Source: Thraustochytrium aureum (lineage: Eukaryota). From it: a stretch of DNA of 44,793 nt. A program made the translations under genes and the position numbers. This document shows positions 32,544 through 43,501 of the stretch, piece after piece (the first letter of the stretch is position 1; each line of letters opens with the position of its first letter). The stretch is from assembly GCA_012862495.1 (NCBI GenBank), contig BLSG01000377.1, positions 1 through 44,793 of the forward strand. The letters are read 5' to 3'. Under the pieces are notes generated by a model. The model was not told where the DNA came from. It ran no database searches and saw nothing but the letters and a program-made list of their open reading frames with translations.

Positions 32544-33405
32544 CTAGATCTCGCCCTTCACCAGCGTGTTGATCCGCGTCAGCAGCTGGACCTGGTCCTC
32601 TTTCTTGGTGATCCCGATGCGCTCCAAGTCCGTCGAGGACAACGTGCGGAGTTTCGCGCCCCGTGATGCCGGCGTTGAAGAGCTTGACGCCATTCATATT
32701 CATATCGAAGGTGCCCAGGAAGGCCGCGACCTCGAACGCGGACCAGCTCTGCCATTTGTTGAGCTCCGCGGGGGCGTGGATGCGCGCGTCGACGTCGAAC
32801 GAAGCGCCGTCAAGTTTTAGCTCCTCCAGCGGGGAGAGCGAGGGGCGGCGCGGCCGCGACCCGTTCGTCCGCTTTTCCATCTCAACGGCCCCAGAGATGG
32901 CAGCGATCCAGGCCTCCGACTCGGCCACTGTCTCGGCGCGCAGCTTGTAGACCCGCGTCGGGGTGGACACGTTGAACCGGTCGCGCGCATCGTCAGTCTT
33001 GACGTCCACCTTGTTGATGCCCCCAAGCGCGATGACGCCCTTGGGTGTGTCGTTGTCCCCCGTGGGCTTTTGGTCAAAGTAGAACAGCGAGCGCGTCGTG
33101 AGCACGAACCAGCGCTTTTTGTAAGCTTGGTTAATCACGCCCTTCTTGAGCAAGTACCCGGCCCGCACGAGCGACTCAGAGGTGCTGCGCTCGCGCCCGC
33201 CGCTTGTCGCCATGCTCGTGATGCCGCTCAGCGCCGAGACTGACTGCATCGTGCCTCGTCGCTCCTTGGTGGGCTGCTCACGGCCCCCGAGGACCTCGGG
33301 CATCGGCCCATCGTCGGCGGCGCCTCCGGCCACAGACGAGATCGAGGGTCTGGACGAGGCCGTGGTCGCGTTGGACGTGGCGCGCTTCCGAAAGAACATG
33401 GACAT
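32544..33405 (-). CDS. PH domain plus SAM domain protein; one frameshift near 32660
   Basis: PH: AGYLLKKG..YKKRWFVL..LFYF..PKGVIAL..AWIAAI. SAM: WSAFEVAAFL..ITG; removing one G of GGGG continues AKLRTLSSTDLERIGITKKEDQVQLL to a TAG at 32544. Confidence 0.82.
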
Positions 33406-34018
33406 CCTCCCTTCTCCTCCGCCGCAACACTCGTGCCGCGTGGGTGAGCGAGCGTCTTGGCGCCGGAGCGCTTCCCGCACAGGCGCCCGCTTCGCGCGCT
33501 TCTGTCCTGCTTGCGCTGGCCGAGCTCGTGGCGTCGCCTTCCCCCTGGAGCACCGTGCGCCCGCCCACCCGCTTGTCCACCGCCGCTCGCGGCCGGACGG
33601 CTCGCTGGCCGGCTGGCCGGCTGGCTGCCCGACGGGTCGGGGCGGTACNNNNNNNNNNNNNNNNNNNNNNNNNNNNNNNNNNNNNNNNNNNNNNNNNNNN
33701 NNNNNNNNNNNNNNNNNNNNNNNNNNNNNNNNNNNNNNNNNNNNNNNNNNNNNNNNNNNNNNNNNNNNNNNNNNNNNNNNNNNNNNNNNNNNNNNNNNNN
33801 NNNNNNNNNNNNNNNNNNNNNNNNNNNNNNNNNNNNNNNNNNNNNNNNNNNNNNNNNNNNNNNNNNNNNNNNNNNNNNNNNNNNNNNNNNNNNNNNNNNN
33901 NNNNNNNNNNNNNNNNNNNNNNNNNNNNNNNNNNNNNNNNNNNNNNNNNNNNNNNNNNNNNNNNNNNNNNNNNNNNNNNNNNNNNNNNNNNNNNNNNNNN
34001 NNNNNNNNNNNNNNNNNN

Positions 34019-34042
34019 TCGATCGATCGATCGATCGATCGA
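34019..34042. repeat. (GATC)n microsatellite at gap edge
   Basis: TCGATCGATCGATCGATCGATCGA. Confidence 0.85.
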
Positions 34043-35315
34043 GCTCAGGCTGGACAGGATGCCGTGAACGCTGACGCCGCGCGCGGCCGGTTGATGCGGA
34101 GCCCGCCGTGCCTCTTGGACAGCATTTACTTGGTGAGCGAGCGCTCTCGCCGCCGGCCAACAGACGCCCGAGGGGCCGTGCGGTTGCGTCCCGTGAACCG
34201 GTCCGTTGTGTGGTGTGAGATAGGGGTTGCGCACGTTGTGCAAGGGGACTCTATTGAGCGTGGCGTCGCGGCGCTCAGCACCATGGCCGTTAGTTGAATG
34301 CCCTCCGCCTGAAGCTTACCCCGACCGCGCCACTTGCCGCCGTCGCGACTTGCGACGCAGTCGGGCCTCTTGACTGCAGCTTTTGCTAAGCAAGCACTTG
34401 TTCGCGCAGCCCGCCTGCAGCCAAACAAAGTACAGAGCGTGCAGTTGCAGCGAGCGGCGCGGTCCAAGCGGTGCGTTTTCCGAGCATCCATCCGCAGGTG
34501 GGTAATTCACAGCAACCGCGGCGCTGAACGCCGCGGTGCCACACTTGTTTTCCTTGAAGCGCGTGGCGCTCAAACCAACTCTCTGGAGCGCTCTCGAGAG
34601 GGAGAGACGGGTAACAAACCCGTTCCACTCGTGCGAGCCCTGAACGAAGTGGGCACGACGCCGCCGCCTCGGTGAAGGTCATGCAAACGCGGACGAACGG
34701 ATAGAATTGCACTTGGTCTTGTACGGAGGCCCTCTGCTTGACTGGTCTGGCAATGTACCACCAAACCTGGCGCGGTGAGGGTCCGTTGATGTGGGCCTTG
34801 GGGTCGGAGAATGAGTGCTCTTTACGATGCGTGGGCTTTGACCGCGCGAGCAGAGAGGTCAAAGCCTATCTATCAACGCATGGAGATGGTTTAGGGAGAG
34901 ATGAGATCGATTTCTTGTTTGACTTCCCGCAAGCGGTGTGGCCTGCGTCCCGGAAGGTGGGATCATTGTAACGCAGAAGAGCCAGCGAGTGGCTCGTTTC
35001 TGGGCCATCGAGGCGCGGATCCGCGCGAGGCTTCGCGCATCGACGTCTCATACGGAGGCCATAGTCCGCTTCGTCTAGCTCTAGGGAGTACCAGCTTCAG
35101 ACGAAGCGAGGAAGCCGAGCGAGGAAGGGGTTTTCCGCTTCTTGGACTAGTCTCATTGCGTCCTAAAATGTGTCTGAAGACATGTCTGCGTTGTCGTTCA
35201 AGTTGTGCGCTCAGAGCGAAGCTTTGAGCGTGGGAATTTGCTGGGCCCGATGCAGCTCGCCGCGAGCAAACCCCCAACATCACAGCACGACCGCCAAGGT
35301 CGAATACAGCCGCAA

Positions 35316-35352
35316 GCAACAACAACAACAACAACAACAGAACAACAACAAC
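35316..35352 (+). repeat. (CAA)n tract in the probable 5' leader of the astacin gene
   Basis: CAA run ending about 35 nt before GCCATG at 35386. Confidence 0.8.
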
Positions 35353-35385
35353 CAGCAAGTGAACTTTCCCGCCCCCACTTCCGCC

Positions 35386-38338
35386 ATGAAGTCCGTGGNN
35401 NNNNNNNNNNNNNNNNNNNNNNNNNNNNNNNNNNNNNNNNNNNNNNNNNNNNNNNNNNNNNNNNNNNNNNNNNNNNNNNNNNNNNNNNNNNNNNNNNNNN
35501 NNNNNNNNNNNNNNNNNNNNNNNNNNNNNNNNNNNNNNNNNNNNNNNNNNNNNNNNNNNNNNNNNNNNNNNNNNNNNNNNNNNNNNNNNNNNNNNNNNNN
35601 NNNNNNNNNNNNNNNNNNNNNNNNNNNNNNNNNNNNNNNNNNNNNNNNNNNNNNNNNNNNNNNNNNNNNNNNNNNNNNNNNNNNNNNNNNNNNNNNNNNN
35701 NNNNNNNNNNNNNNNNNNNNNNNNNNNNNNNNNNNNNNNNNNNNNNCAACTTTCTGGAGCTCGGAGACAAGCTTGAAGGAGACATCATGATGCGATTCGA
35801 GCAAGCCCAGCTAATCTACGGCTCAGAAGAGGCCAGTGCGCTGCTTGCCAAGGGATTGGTCGAGCCTCCCAGCGAAGAGCGTGAGGGTCGCAGCCTTGCG
35901 CTTTCGCTCGGCAACCTGTGGGACACGCGCGACGAGGAAGGGCGCGTTGTGATTCCGTATGCCTTCGCCAATTCGGCAACCTTTACCTCGTCGCAAAAGA
36001 CAAACGTGATCATTCCTGCGCTCGAGTCGCTACAGGAGCTTGTTAAGGTGATCCGTTTTGTGGACAGAACTGACCAAACGAACTACATCGAGATCACTTC
36101 CGACGCTGGGTGCTGGAGCTACGTGGGTCAAATTGGAGGAAAGCAAACACTCAACCTCCAGCAGAGCGGCTGCGTTTACAAAGGCACAATCCAGCACGAG
36201 TTCCTTCACGCACTTGGTGTCTACCACGAGCAGTCTCGACCCGACCGCGACGATTATGTGTCCATCTTGAGCGACAACATCCTGCAGGGCAAGGGCCACA
36301 ACTTCAACAAGCACATGAGCACGAACAGTCTAGGGATCACCTATGACTTTGGGTCCGTGATGCACTACCTTTCGAGTGCCTTTGGGAAGCAGAAGGTGTC
36401 TTGCGCGTCTAGCCCGACAGAGGTGTGTGACAAAGTCGCCACAATCAAGTATGTCGGCGGCGGACTCGACGAGGAGGGAAGCCGGTACTGCCTCGACGCA
36501 GTTGCAGGTCTCGCCGCCTGCTCTGGGGCGGACAGCCAGACGTTTAAATTGGTCAACAATGACGACATTGGCGTCCAGATTAGCCTTGCAGGCGACTCGA
36601 CCAGGTGCCTTTTGCCGAGCAGTAGCTCGGGTGGTCTTTCCAGCACAACGTCGCTTACGACCACCGCTTGCGCAGATGACCGCCAGCAGGTTTGGCAGCT
36701 CGACGGCAACAGCCTCCAGGAGTCGCTCGTTCTCCGGTGGGACGGAGACAACAAGTACTGCATTAGGCGATCCCAGAGCACCAGCGGGCCGACCACTCCG
36801 GATGCGGTGGCCACCGTTGCCTCCTGTTCTACAAACTCGGAGCTCTGGCAAATCGAGTTCGCCGAGAGCGGGGAAAGTGGCGAATGCGCCTCAATCACGA
36901 CGTGCAAGCGCACGTCGGGAGCGATGACCACGATTGACACTCGTGGGAACAGCGTCGGGCAGCGAAACCAGGTCAGCGAACTCGACATCTTGCAGCTCCA
37001 GCTCATGTACCAGTGCCCGGCTGGCCCGCGGAAGAACGATGAGCTTTGCTCGGCCGACTGCCCCTGCTTTGTGGGCCAGTACTCGTGCTCAGCTGATGAT
37101 CACTGCCGCGGAACCGCAATCTGCTCCGAGGAAAATATCTGCGAGGAGTCTCCTTTCACTTCAAGCCCAACGACCTCGCCTACTCTGCCAACGCCGCTTC
37201 CCACAGCGGCCCCGACCACCGCTGGGCCAACAACGTCGCCCACGCCCCAACCCCGGGACCGACAGATTCTCCGTCGACATCTCCGACCACCAAGCCCACA
37301 GGCACCCCATCGCTGTCGCCGACAAAGTATCCGTCGACTTCCCCAAGCGTGCGACCAACGGCCCACCCTTCCATTTCCCCAACAGCATCGCCGACGCGCT
37401 CGCCCATCCCGTTCAAGCTCTGGGATGAGGAGAACCTAAAGTGCCGCAAACGCAACAAGAAATCGTGCTCAGCGGGCCGCAGTCCGTGCCTCTGGGATGA
37501 TGGGATGAAGGTGTGCCAATTCACGATGCCCATGCCGCCGTCACGGTCGCCGACTGCAGCGCCCACGGGCACGCCAACGCCCCCCACTATATCTCCTACG
37601 GCGGCCCCGATTGCGTTCGAAGATTGGCAAAAGGTCCAGTCCAGGTGCTCGCGTGGCCGCTCGAGCGGCGCGTGCAGAAAGGGAGGGCCAACATGCGTTT
37701 GGGACTTTTCTACGAACTCGTGCGTGACGAGCATCGCCAAGCCGCCGACCATGGCACCCACGCTTGCGCCCACTGGCATGCCAACGCCCCCCACTATATC
37801 TCCTACGGCGGCCCCGATTGCGTTCGAAGATTGGCAAAAGGTCCAGTCCAGGTGCTCGCGTGGCCGCTCGAGCGGCGCGTGCAGAAAGGGTGGGCCAACA
37901 TGCGTTTGGGACTTTTCTACGAACTCGTGCATGACGAGCGTCGCTAAGCCGCCGACGATGGCGCCCACGCTTTCGCCCACTGGCATGCCAACGCCCCCCA
38001 CTATATCTCCTACGGCGGCCCCGACCGGAGCACCGACGACCTATCAGGAGTTGTTTGACTTGGTGCAGGAGCTCTGCGGCGTGCCGACGACGAAGACGGA
38101 CTGTAACAAGGTCGTGGACCCTTCGGGCAAGCGCGTGTGCAAGTTTTCGCGCGGCTCGTGCGTTTCCAGCTTGAAGTCCCACCGCCGACGGCGCGGCCGA
38201 CCAAAGGCCCCCACGACGACTGCCGATTGGGTCGAGTTCGAAGCCGAGTGCGCCAAGATCACCTCGATAAAACCGTGCGCGAAGGCGGGTTGCACTTATG
38301 ACCGCAAGACCAAGGCCTGCTTTGCTCGTCGAGGCTGA
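35386..38338 (+). CDS. Secreted astacin (M12A) zinc metalloprotease with inserted ricin-B-like domain, PT-rich stalks and Cys-rich modules; gap plus one frameshift
   Basis: GCWSYVG, HEFLHALGVYHEQSRPDRDDYV, YDFGSVMHY, GQRNQVSELDI..MYQC. A frame change in the C-run near 37245 joins PTTSPT to PTPGPTDSPS and ORF 37349..38338. MKSV start just before the gap. Confidence 0.85.
37561..38023 (+). repeat. 207-bp in-frame coding tandem repeat, about 2.2 copies
   Basis: CCAACGCCCCCCACTATATCTCCTACGGCGGCCCCGA starts at 37574, 37781 and 37988; the units are nearly identical. Confidence 0.92.
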
Positions 38339-38709
38339 GCGAGGCTGAGCGAGGACTTGCGGAGACGACGACTGGTCATGCCACTTCTACGGTCGCCTTG
38401 ACAATACTCTACCAATATAATGAAATGCCGCATCTTCAAGTCGCAGTTTCGCGCCAGCATCTCGTTGAGGCCTGTCTTCCGCCACGCCGCCGGGCTCGCG
38501 CAGCATCGCCAATCGGTGGTACCAGAGTTGAGTATCAAGTCAACCAATGGGTGCCAAACCCGCGAGCACACCGCGTTCCTCCCAACAGCGCACAGGCATG
38601 GTGTGCATGTGTTCCGCAGGAAGGCGAATGACGCTGCTGATGGCGCCTCGATCGCGCGATCACCTTTTTCCCCTGTTTCGCTGATGGGTCGACAGTTGCA
38701 GAGAATCAA

Positions 38710-38950
38710 TCCTGCTCGGACGCCTGCAGCAGTCCCCCTCTCGAACAGCACTCTGCTCGGACGCCTGCAGCAGCCCGTCCGTCTCTCGACCAGCGCAGCA
38801 CTCTCTGCCCGGAGCCGGCGCTCTGCTCGGACGCGGCCGCCTGACACTCTGCCCCGACCGCCTGCAGCAGCCCTCTCGAACTGCAGATCAGCGCATCAGC
38901 TCCCTCTCCAGCACGCCTGCTCGGACGTGGCTGCCAGCAGCAGCAGCAGC
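38710..38950. repeat. Degenerate minisatellite
   Basis: CTGCTCGGACG(CCTGCAGCAG) and CCCTCTCGAAC motifs recur 4-5 times. Confidence 0.7.
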
Positions 38951-39368
38951 CGACCCGTTTCGAACGGCGCCAGCACAGCCTTTGAGCCGGCTTGCCACGC
39001 CACCGCTGCGGAGCGCCAACCTTGCGAGCAAGGCTCTCTACCCATCCGCTGCGCCACATCGCTCTCACGAGTCGAGGGCGGCCAAGAGCAAACAAGAACT
39101 GTGCCGACGCACTGCGCAACGCGAACCCGGACGTGCCGTGCCGGCCAGGAGGACGGACGCTGTTGTTGCCACGCTGCCAAAGATGCTTTTTGGGAGGTCG
39201 GGACTGCGTGCGGCGATGCGACGCGCTCCACGTGCAGGGCTGAGCGCAGTGGTCAAGCGGCCCGCGCAGAATCCCGCGGCGAGGCAGCGAATCGCTTCCT
39301 CTGCTGCAATGCAGGCCACCCGGGCAGCGCCAGATTCTGCTCGGCCGTCCCTCGACCGTTTTCACGAC

Positions 39369-39794
39369 ATGGACGCTCGTGTTCTCGCCCTTGTTGCAAT
39401 GGAGCACATCGGGCATCAAGCCCTGGACCACTCTGGCGGCGCGATTTACAAGAAGACGAACGAGGGCCTCGTTTGCGAGGCGATCCTGTCCCAAAGCACG
39501 CTGTGCGGGGTTTTGGGCACGACGGCAGAAGCGATGCTCGCCGCCCAAGCGTCGGGCCTGGCAGAGAACACTGTGGTGCGGCGCAGCGCAGACGGGATTG
39601 CAGTGGCAGTTACCGTGGACCTGCGCATCCAATCCACAAGCGCCTTCAAATTGCTGGCTGCAGAACTCGGCTTTCTATCCGTCCAGTCCCGCGCAGGTGC
39701 GGCCTCGTCGCACGGCTTTCTCGCGAATGATCTCAGCGCCGACGAAGCTGGGCACTCTGATCCCTTCGACGAGCCTCGACTTCCAGTACCTTGA
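39369..39794 (+). CDS. Hypothetical protein
   Basis: MDARVLALVAMEHIG... has globular-like composition, unlike the flanking Arg/Ala-rich frames. No motif recognised. Confidence 0.25.
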   Translation: MDARVLALVAMEHIGHQALDHSGGAIYKKTNEGLVCEAILSQSTLCGVLGTTAEAMLAAQASGLAENTVVRRSADGIAVAVTVDLRIQSTSAFKLLAAELGFLSVQSRAGAASSHGFLANDLSADEAGHSDPFDEPRLPVP

Positions 39795-40921
39795 AATTGT
39801 AGATCCTTCCGCGCCCAAACCAGTCTAATCCTTTTTGCACATGGCGCCACGTCTGCGCAAAACGTCCACTCGAAAGGCGAGTTCTTGCAGCGCCAAGAAA
39901 GTGCGAGCGCGACAAGCTCAAGAAGGACGTGCGCAACCGCAAGCGGGTTCTGCTCCGGCAGCCCGCTCAGCAGGGTGTCCGGATTCCCGGGGCACCTCAA
40001 ACGTGACCGCGTTCATTGCCAATCAAGCGCTGGTCGTGGACCTGCCCATGCTGAGGACGGCGCTCATCCTGCTGCCCCTCGNNNNNNNNNNNNNNNNNNN
40101 NNNNNNNNNNNNNNNNNNNNNNNNNNNNNNNNNNNNNNNNNNNNNNNNNNNNNNNNNNNNNNNNNNNNNNNNNNNNNNNNNNNNNNNNNNNNNNNNNNNN
40201 NNNNNNNNNNNNNNNNNNNNNNNNNNNNNNNNNNNNNNNNNNNNNNNNNNNNNNNNNNNNNNNNNNNNNNNNNNNNNNNNNNNNNNNNNNNNNNNNNNNN
40301 NNNNNNNNNNNNNNNNNNNNNNNNNNNNNNNNNNNNNNNNNNNNNNNNNNNNNNNNNNNNNNNNNNNNNNNNNNNNNNNNNNNNNNNNNNNNNNNNNNNN
40401 NNNNNNNNNNNNNNNNNNNNNNNNNNNNNNNNNNNNNNNNNNNNNNNNNNNNNNNNNNNNNNNNNNNNNNNNNNNNNNNNNNNNNNNNNNNNNNNNNNNN
40501 NNNNNNNNNNNNNNNNNNNNNNNNNNNNNNNNNNNNNNNNNNNNNNNNNNNNNNNNNNNNNNNNNNNNNNNNNNNNNNNNNNNNNNNNNNNNNNNNNNNN
40601 NNNNNNNNNNNNNNNNNNNNNNNNNNNNNNNNNNNNNNNNNNNNNNNNNNNNNNNNNNNNNNNNNNNNNNNNNNNNNNNNNNNNNNNNNNNNNNNNNNNN
40701 NNNNNNNNNNNNNNNNNNNNNNNNNNNNNNNNNNNNNNNNNNNNNNNNNNNNNNNNNNNNNNNNNNNNNNNNNNNNNNNNNNNNNNNNNNNNNNNNNNNN
40801 NNNNNNNNNNNNNNNNNNNNNNNNNNNNNNNNNNNNNNNNNNNNNNNNNNNNNNNNNNNNNNNNNNNNNNNNNNNNNNNNNNNNNNNNNNNNNNNNNNCA
40901 TGACATGAAAGTGCATGTTGC

Positions 40922-41003
40922 ATCACCACGAAAGGGAAGGGCACAGCCACGAAAGGGAAGGGCGCAGCCACAAAAGGGAAGGGCACAGTCAAGGGCACAG
41001 TCA
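40922..41003. repeat. 21-bp tandem repeat
   Basis: CACGAAAGGGAAGGGCACAGC about 3.5 copies. Confidence 0.85.
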
Positions 41004-41117
41004 GCCAGCGCATCCACGGGGCCTGTCGCGCTTCCCGTCAGGCCCTGTGGAACGAGGCGAGAGCGCCGCCCGTAACACGCATCGACGGCATCCAGGAATG
41101 CGTGCTCGCACCTCTGC

Positions 41118-41870
41118 TCACCTGATGGTGAGGCAATCGGCCAACTCGACCAACGAGAGCACACCTGCAAATCCTGCAAATCCTGCAAAATCCTCTATTG
41201 GCATCGACGGCATCCAGGAATGGGGTGCGTGCTCGCACCCCCGCTCACCTCCTCTCCACGCGCGCTCCACGACCGACGCGGCCGACTCCACGCTCTTCAT
41301 GAAGGCCTCTCTGTATGACCTCCTGTTCCGAGCGACCAGCGCCCGGTAGTAGAGTACCTTCAAACTCTACTAGGTTGTAATCGAGGGCGCCAGACCCATC
41401 CTGGAGTCGCGGCGTTGCAGGGCAACTTGAACGAAACCTCCTGAGGACTCGAAGTACTCTACTACAGTGAGTAAGTGCAACTTACCCCCTCTACTCACGG
41501 CCTGAGGTTCAACTGCGCGATGGTCGTATTGCAATGGTGTCGGAAGGAGGCCTGCTGAGACAGAGAGGTCGAGGCCGTGTTGCCTTGGCAGCACGCGTCC
41601 TTGTATGCGGAGCGTGCGTGCGTTGGTCGTTTCTGCACTGATTGCAAAAGCCACTTGGCAACACTTGGCAATCCAGGTTCTAGTGAGGGGTTGACACATT
41701 CCTCGCTTGCATGGCGGGCAGTCAACCCCAAGTCGTCTGGAGGCGAGTGCCGAGCGTGTGCAGCTCCCTCCGAATCAAGTTGCAGATCCACGTCACCACT
41801 TGCGAGCAAAAACTGCTGCACACGGGGGATGGATCCAGAAGCACTCCTACTACTCGCATGTCGGCCATTT
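41118..41870 (-). pseudogene. Degraded ankyrin-repeat (plus possible TPR) gene
   Basis: Fragments SASGSIPRVQQFLLASGDVD, DDLGLTARH, GLPSVAKWLL, QGNTA/LDLSVSAG (across a frameshift) and KVLYYRALVARNRRSYREA, interrupted by stops. Confidence 0.4.
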
Positions 41871-43501
41871 CACTCATGATTGATTTACTCTACCACGATA
41901 GTGGCTGGATCTGCATCTGTTGACGAGAATGTCACAGTTGTAGCTCCCTCATCTGGGCAAAATGCAGCAGAGCTTGCGAAGCTCGCGCCGCACCCGCACA
42001 TGAGAAAGCGAGAGAGAGAGAGTTGCGCGTTGCATCTTGCGATGCGGCGCCCCCGTGCGTCGTCGTCGTCNNNNNNNNNNNNNNNNNNNNNNNNNNNNNN
42101 NNNNNNNNNNNNNNNNNNNNNNNNNNNNNNNNNNNNNNNNNNNNNNNNNNNNNNNNNNNNNNNNNNNNNNNNNNNNNNNNNNNNNNNNNNNNNNNNNNNN
42201 NNNNNNNNNNNNNNNNNNNNNNNNNNNNNNNNNNNNNNNNNNNNNNNNNNNNNNNNNNNNNNNNNNNNNNNNNNNNNNNNNNNNNNNNNNNNNNNNNNNN
42301 NNNNNNNNNNNNNNNNNNNNNNNNNNNNNNNNNNNNNNNNNNNNNNNNNNNNNNNNNNNNNNNNNNNNNNNNNNNNNNNNNNNNNNNNNNNNNNNNNNNN
42401 NNNNNNNNNNNNNNNNNNNNNNNNNNNNNNNNNNNNNNNNNNNNNNNNNNNNNNNNNNNNNNNNNNNNNNNNNNNNNNNNNNNNNNNNNNNNNNNNNNNN
42501 NNNNNNNNNNNNNNNNNNNNNNNNNNNNNNNNNNNNNNNNNNNNNNNNNNNNNNNNNNNNNNNNNNNNNNNNNNNNNNNNNNNNNNNNNNNNNNNNNNNN
42601 NNNNNNNNNNNNNNNNNNNNNNNNNNNNNNNNNNNNNNNNNNNNNNNNNNNNNNNNNNNNNNNNNNNNNNNNNNNNNNNNNNNNNNNNNNNNNNNNNNNN
42701 NNNNNNNNNNNNNNNNNNNNNNNNNNNNNNNNNNNNNNNNNNNNNNNNNNNNNNNNNNNNNNNNNNNNNNNNNNNNNNNNNNNNNNNNNNNNNNNNNNNN
42801 NNNNNNNNNNNNNNNNNNNNNNNNNNNNNNNNNNNNNNNNNNNNNNNNNNNNNNNNNNNNNNNNNNNNNNNNNNNNNNNNNNNNNNNNNNNNNNNNNNNN
42901 NNNNNNNNNNNNNNNNNNNNNNNNNNNNNNNNGCGATGTGCAACCACTGGCAGCGACTCGCGATCATGATTGCCATACCTACGACCAAGTGCTGCAGCCC
43001 AGATGAGTGGCTGCGAAGCGGGGAGATGAGGTTGTGCCCGCCCTCACGTCGAGTTGGATCTGTCCAGCATCTGAGATCATTGCATCGCGCATGCCAGCGA
43101 CAGTGCAGATGCGAGTCGGAGATAGATCCAGGTGGGCTCGCGCCGCATGCTTGAGAAGGGTCGATTTGCCATGAGTTGCCTCACGCCGCCGCATGCTGTC
43201 CTGAACCTGACGAGTAGGCCAACCTCAAGCAGTGTGGCCAGCTCACTCACATCGCACCTGCGTTGCCGCAACAACGCGCGCGCATGACTTTGAAAGCGCT
43301 CGTCGCTCTTACTAAATTCTGCGCTTCCAAAGCCTGCAGCAACGACAACCCAGGCCTTCGGCGCTGCCAGCTGTCGCAAGTCTGCAGCAGATCCCGAACT
43401 CCGGGTGACAAGAAGCGAGCAAGAGGCAGGTTTCGGCACATCGTTGAACTGGCAACCAAGCAACCAAGCACACAAGCACACAAGCAACCAAGCGCACAAG
43501 G

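Noticed and set aside
37561..38023. Regularly spaced repeats suggesting a CRISPR array
   Set aside because: The whole 207-bp unit is duplicated in frame within a CDS, with no unique spacers and no cas genes.
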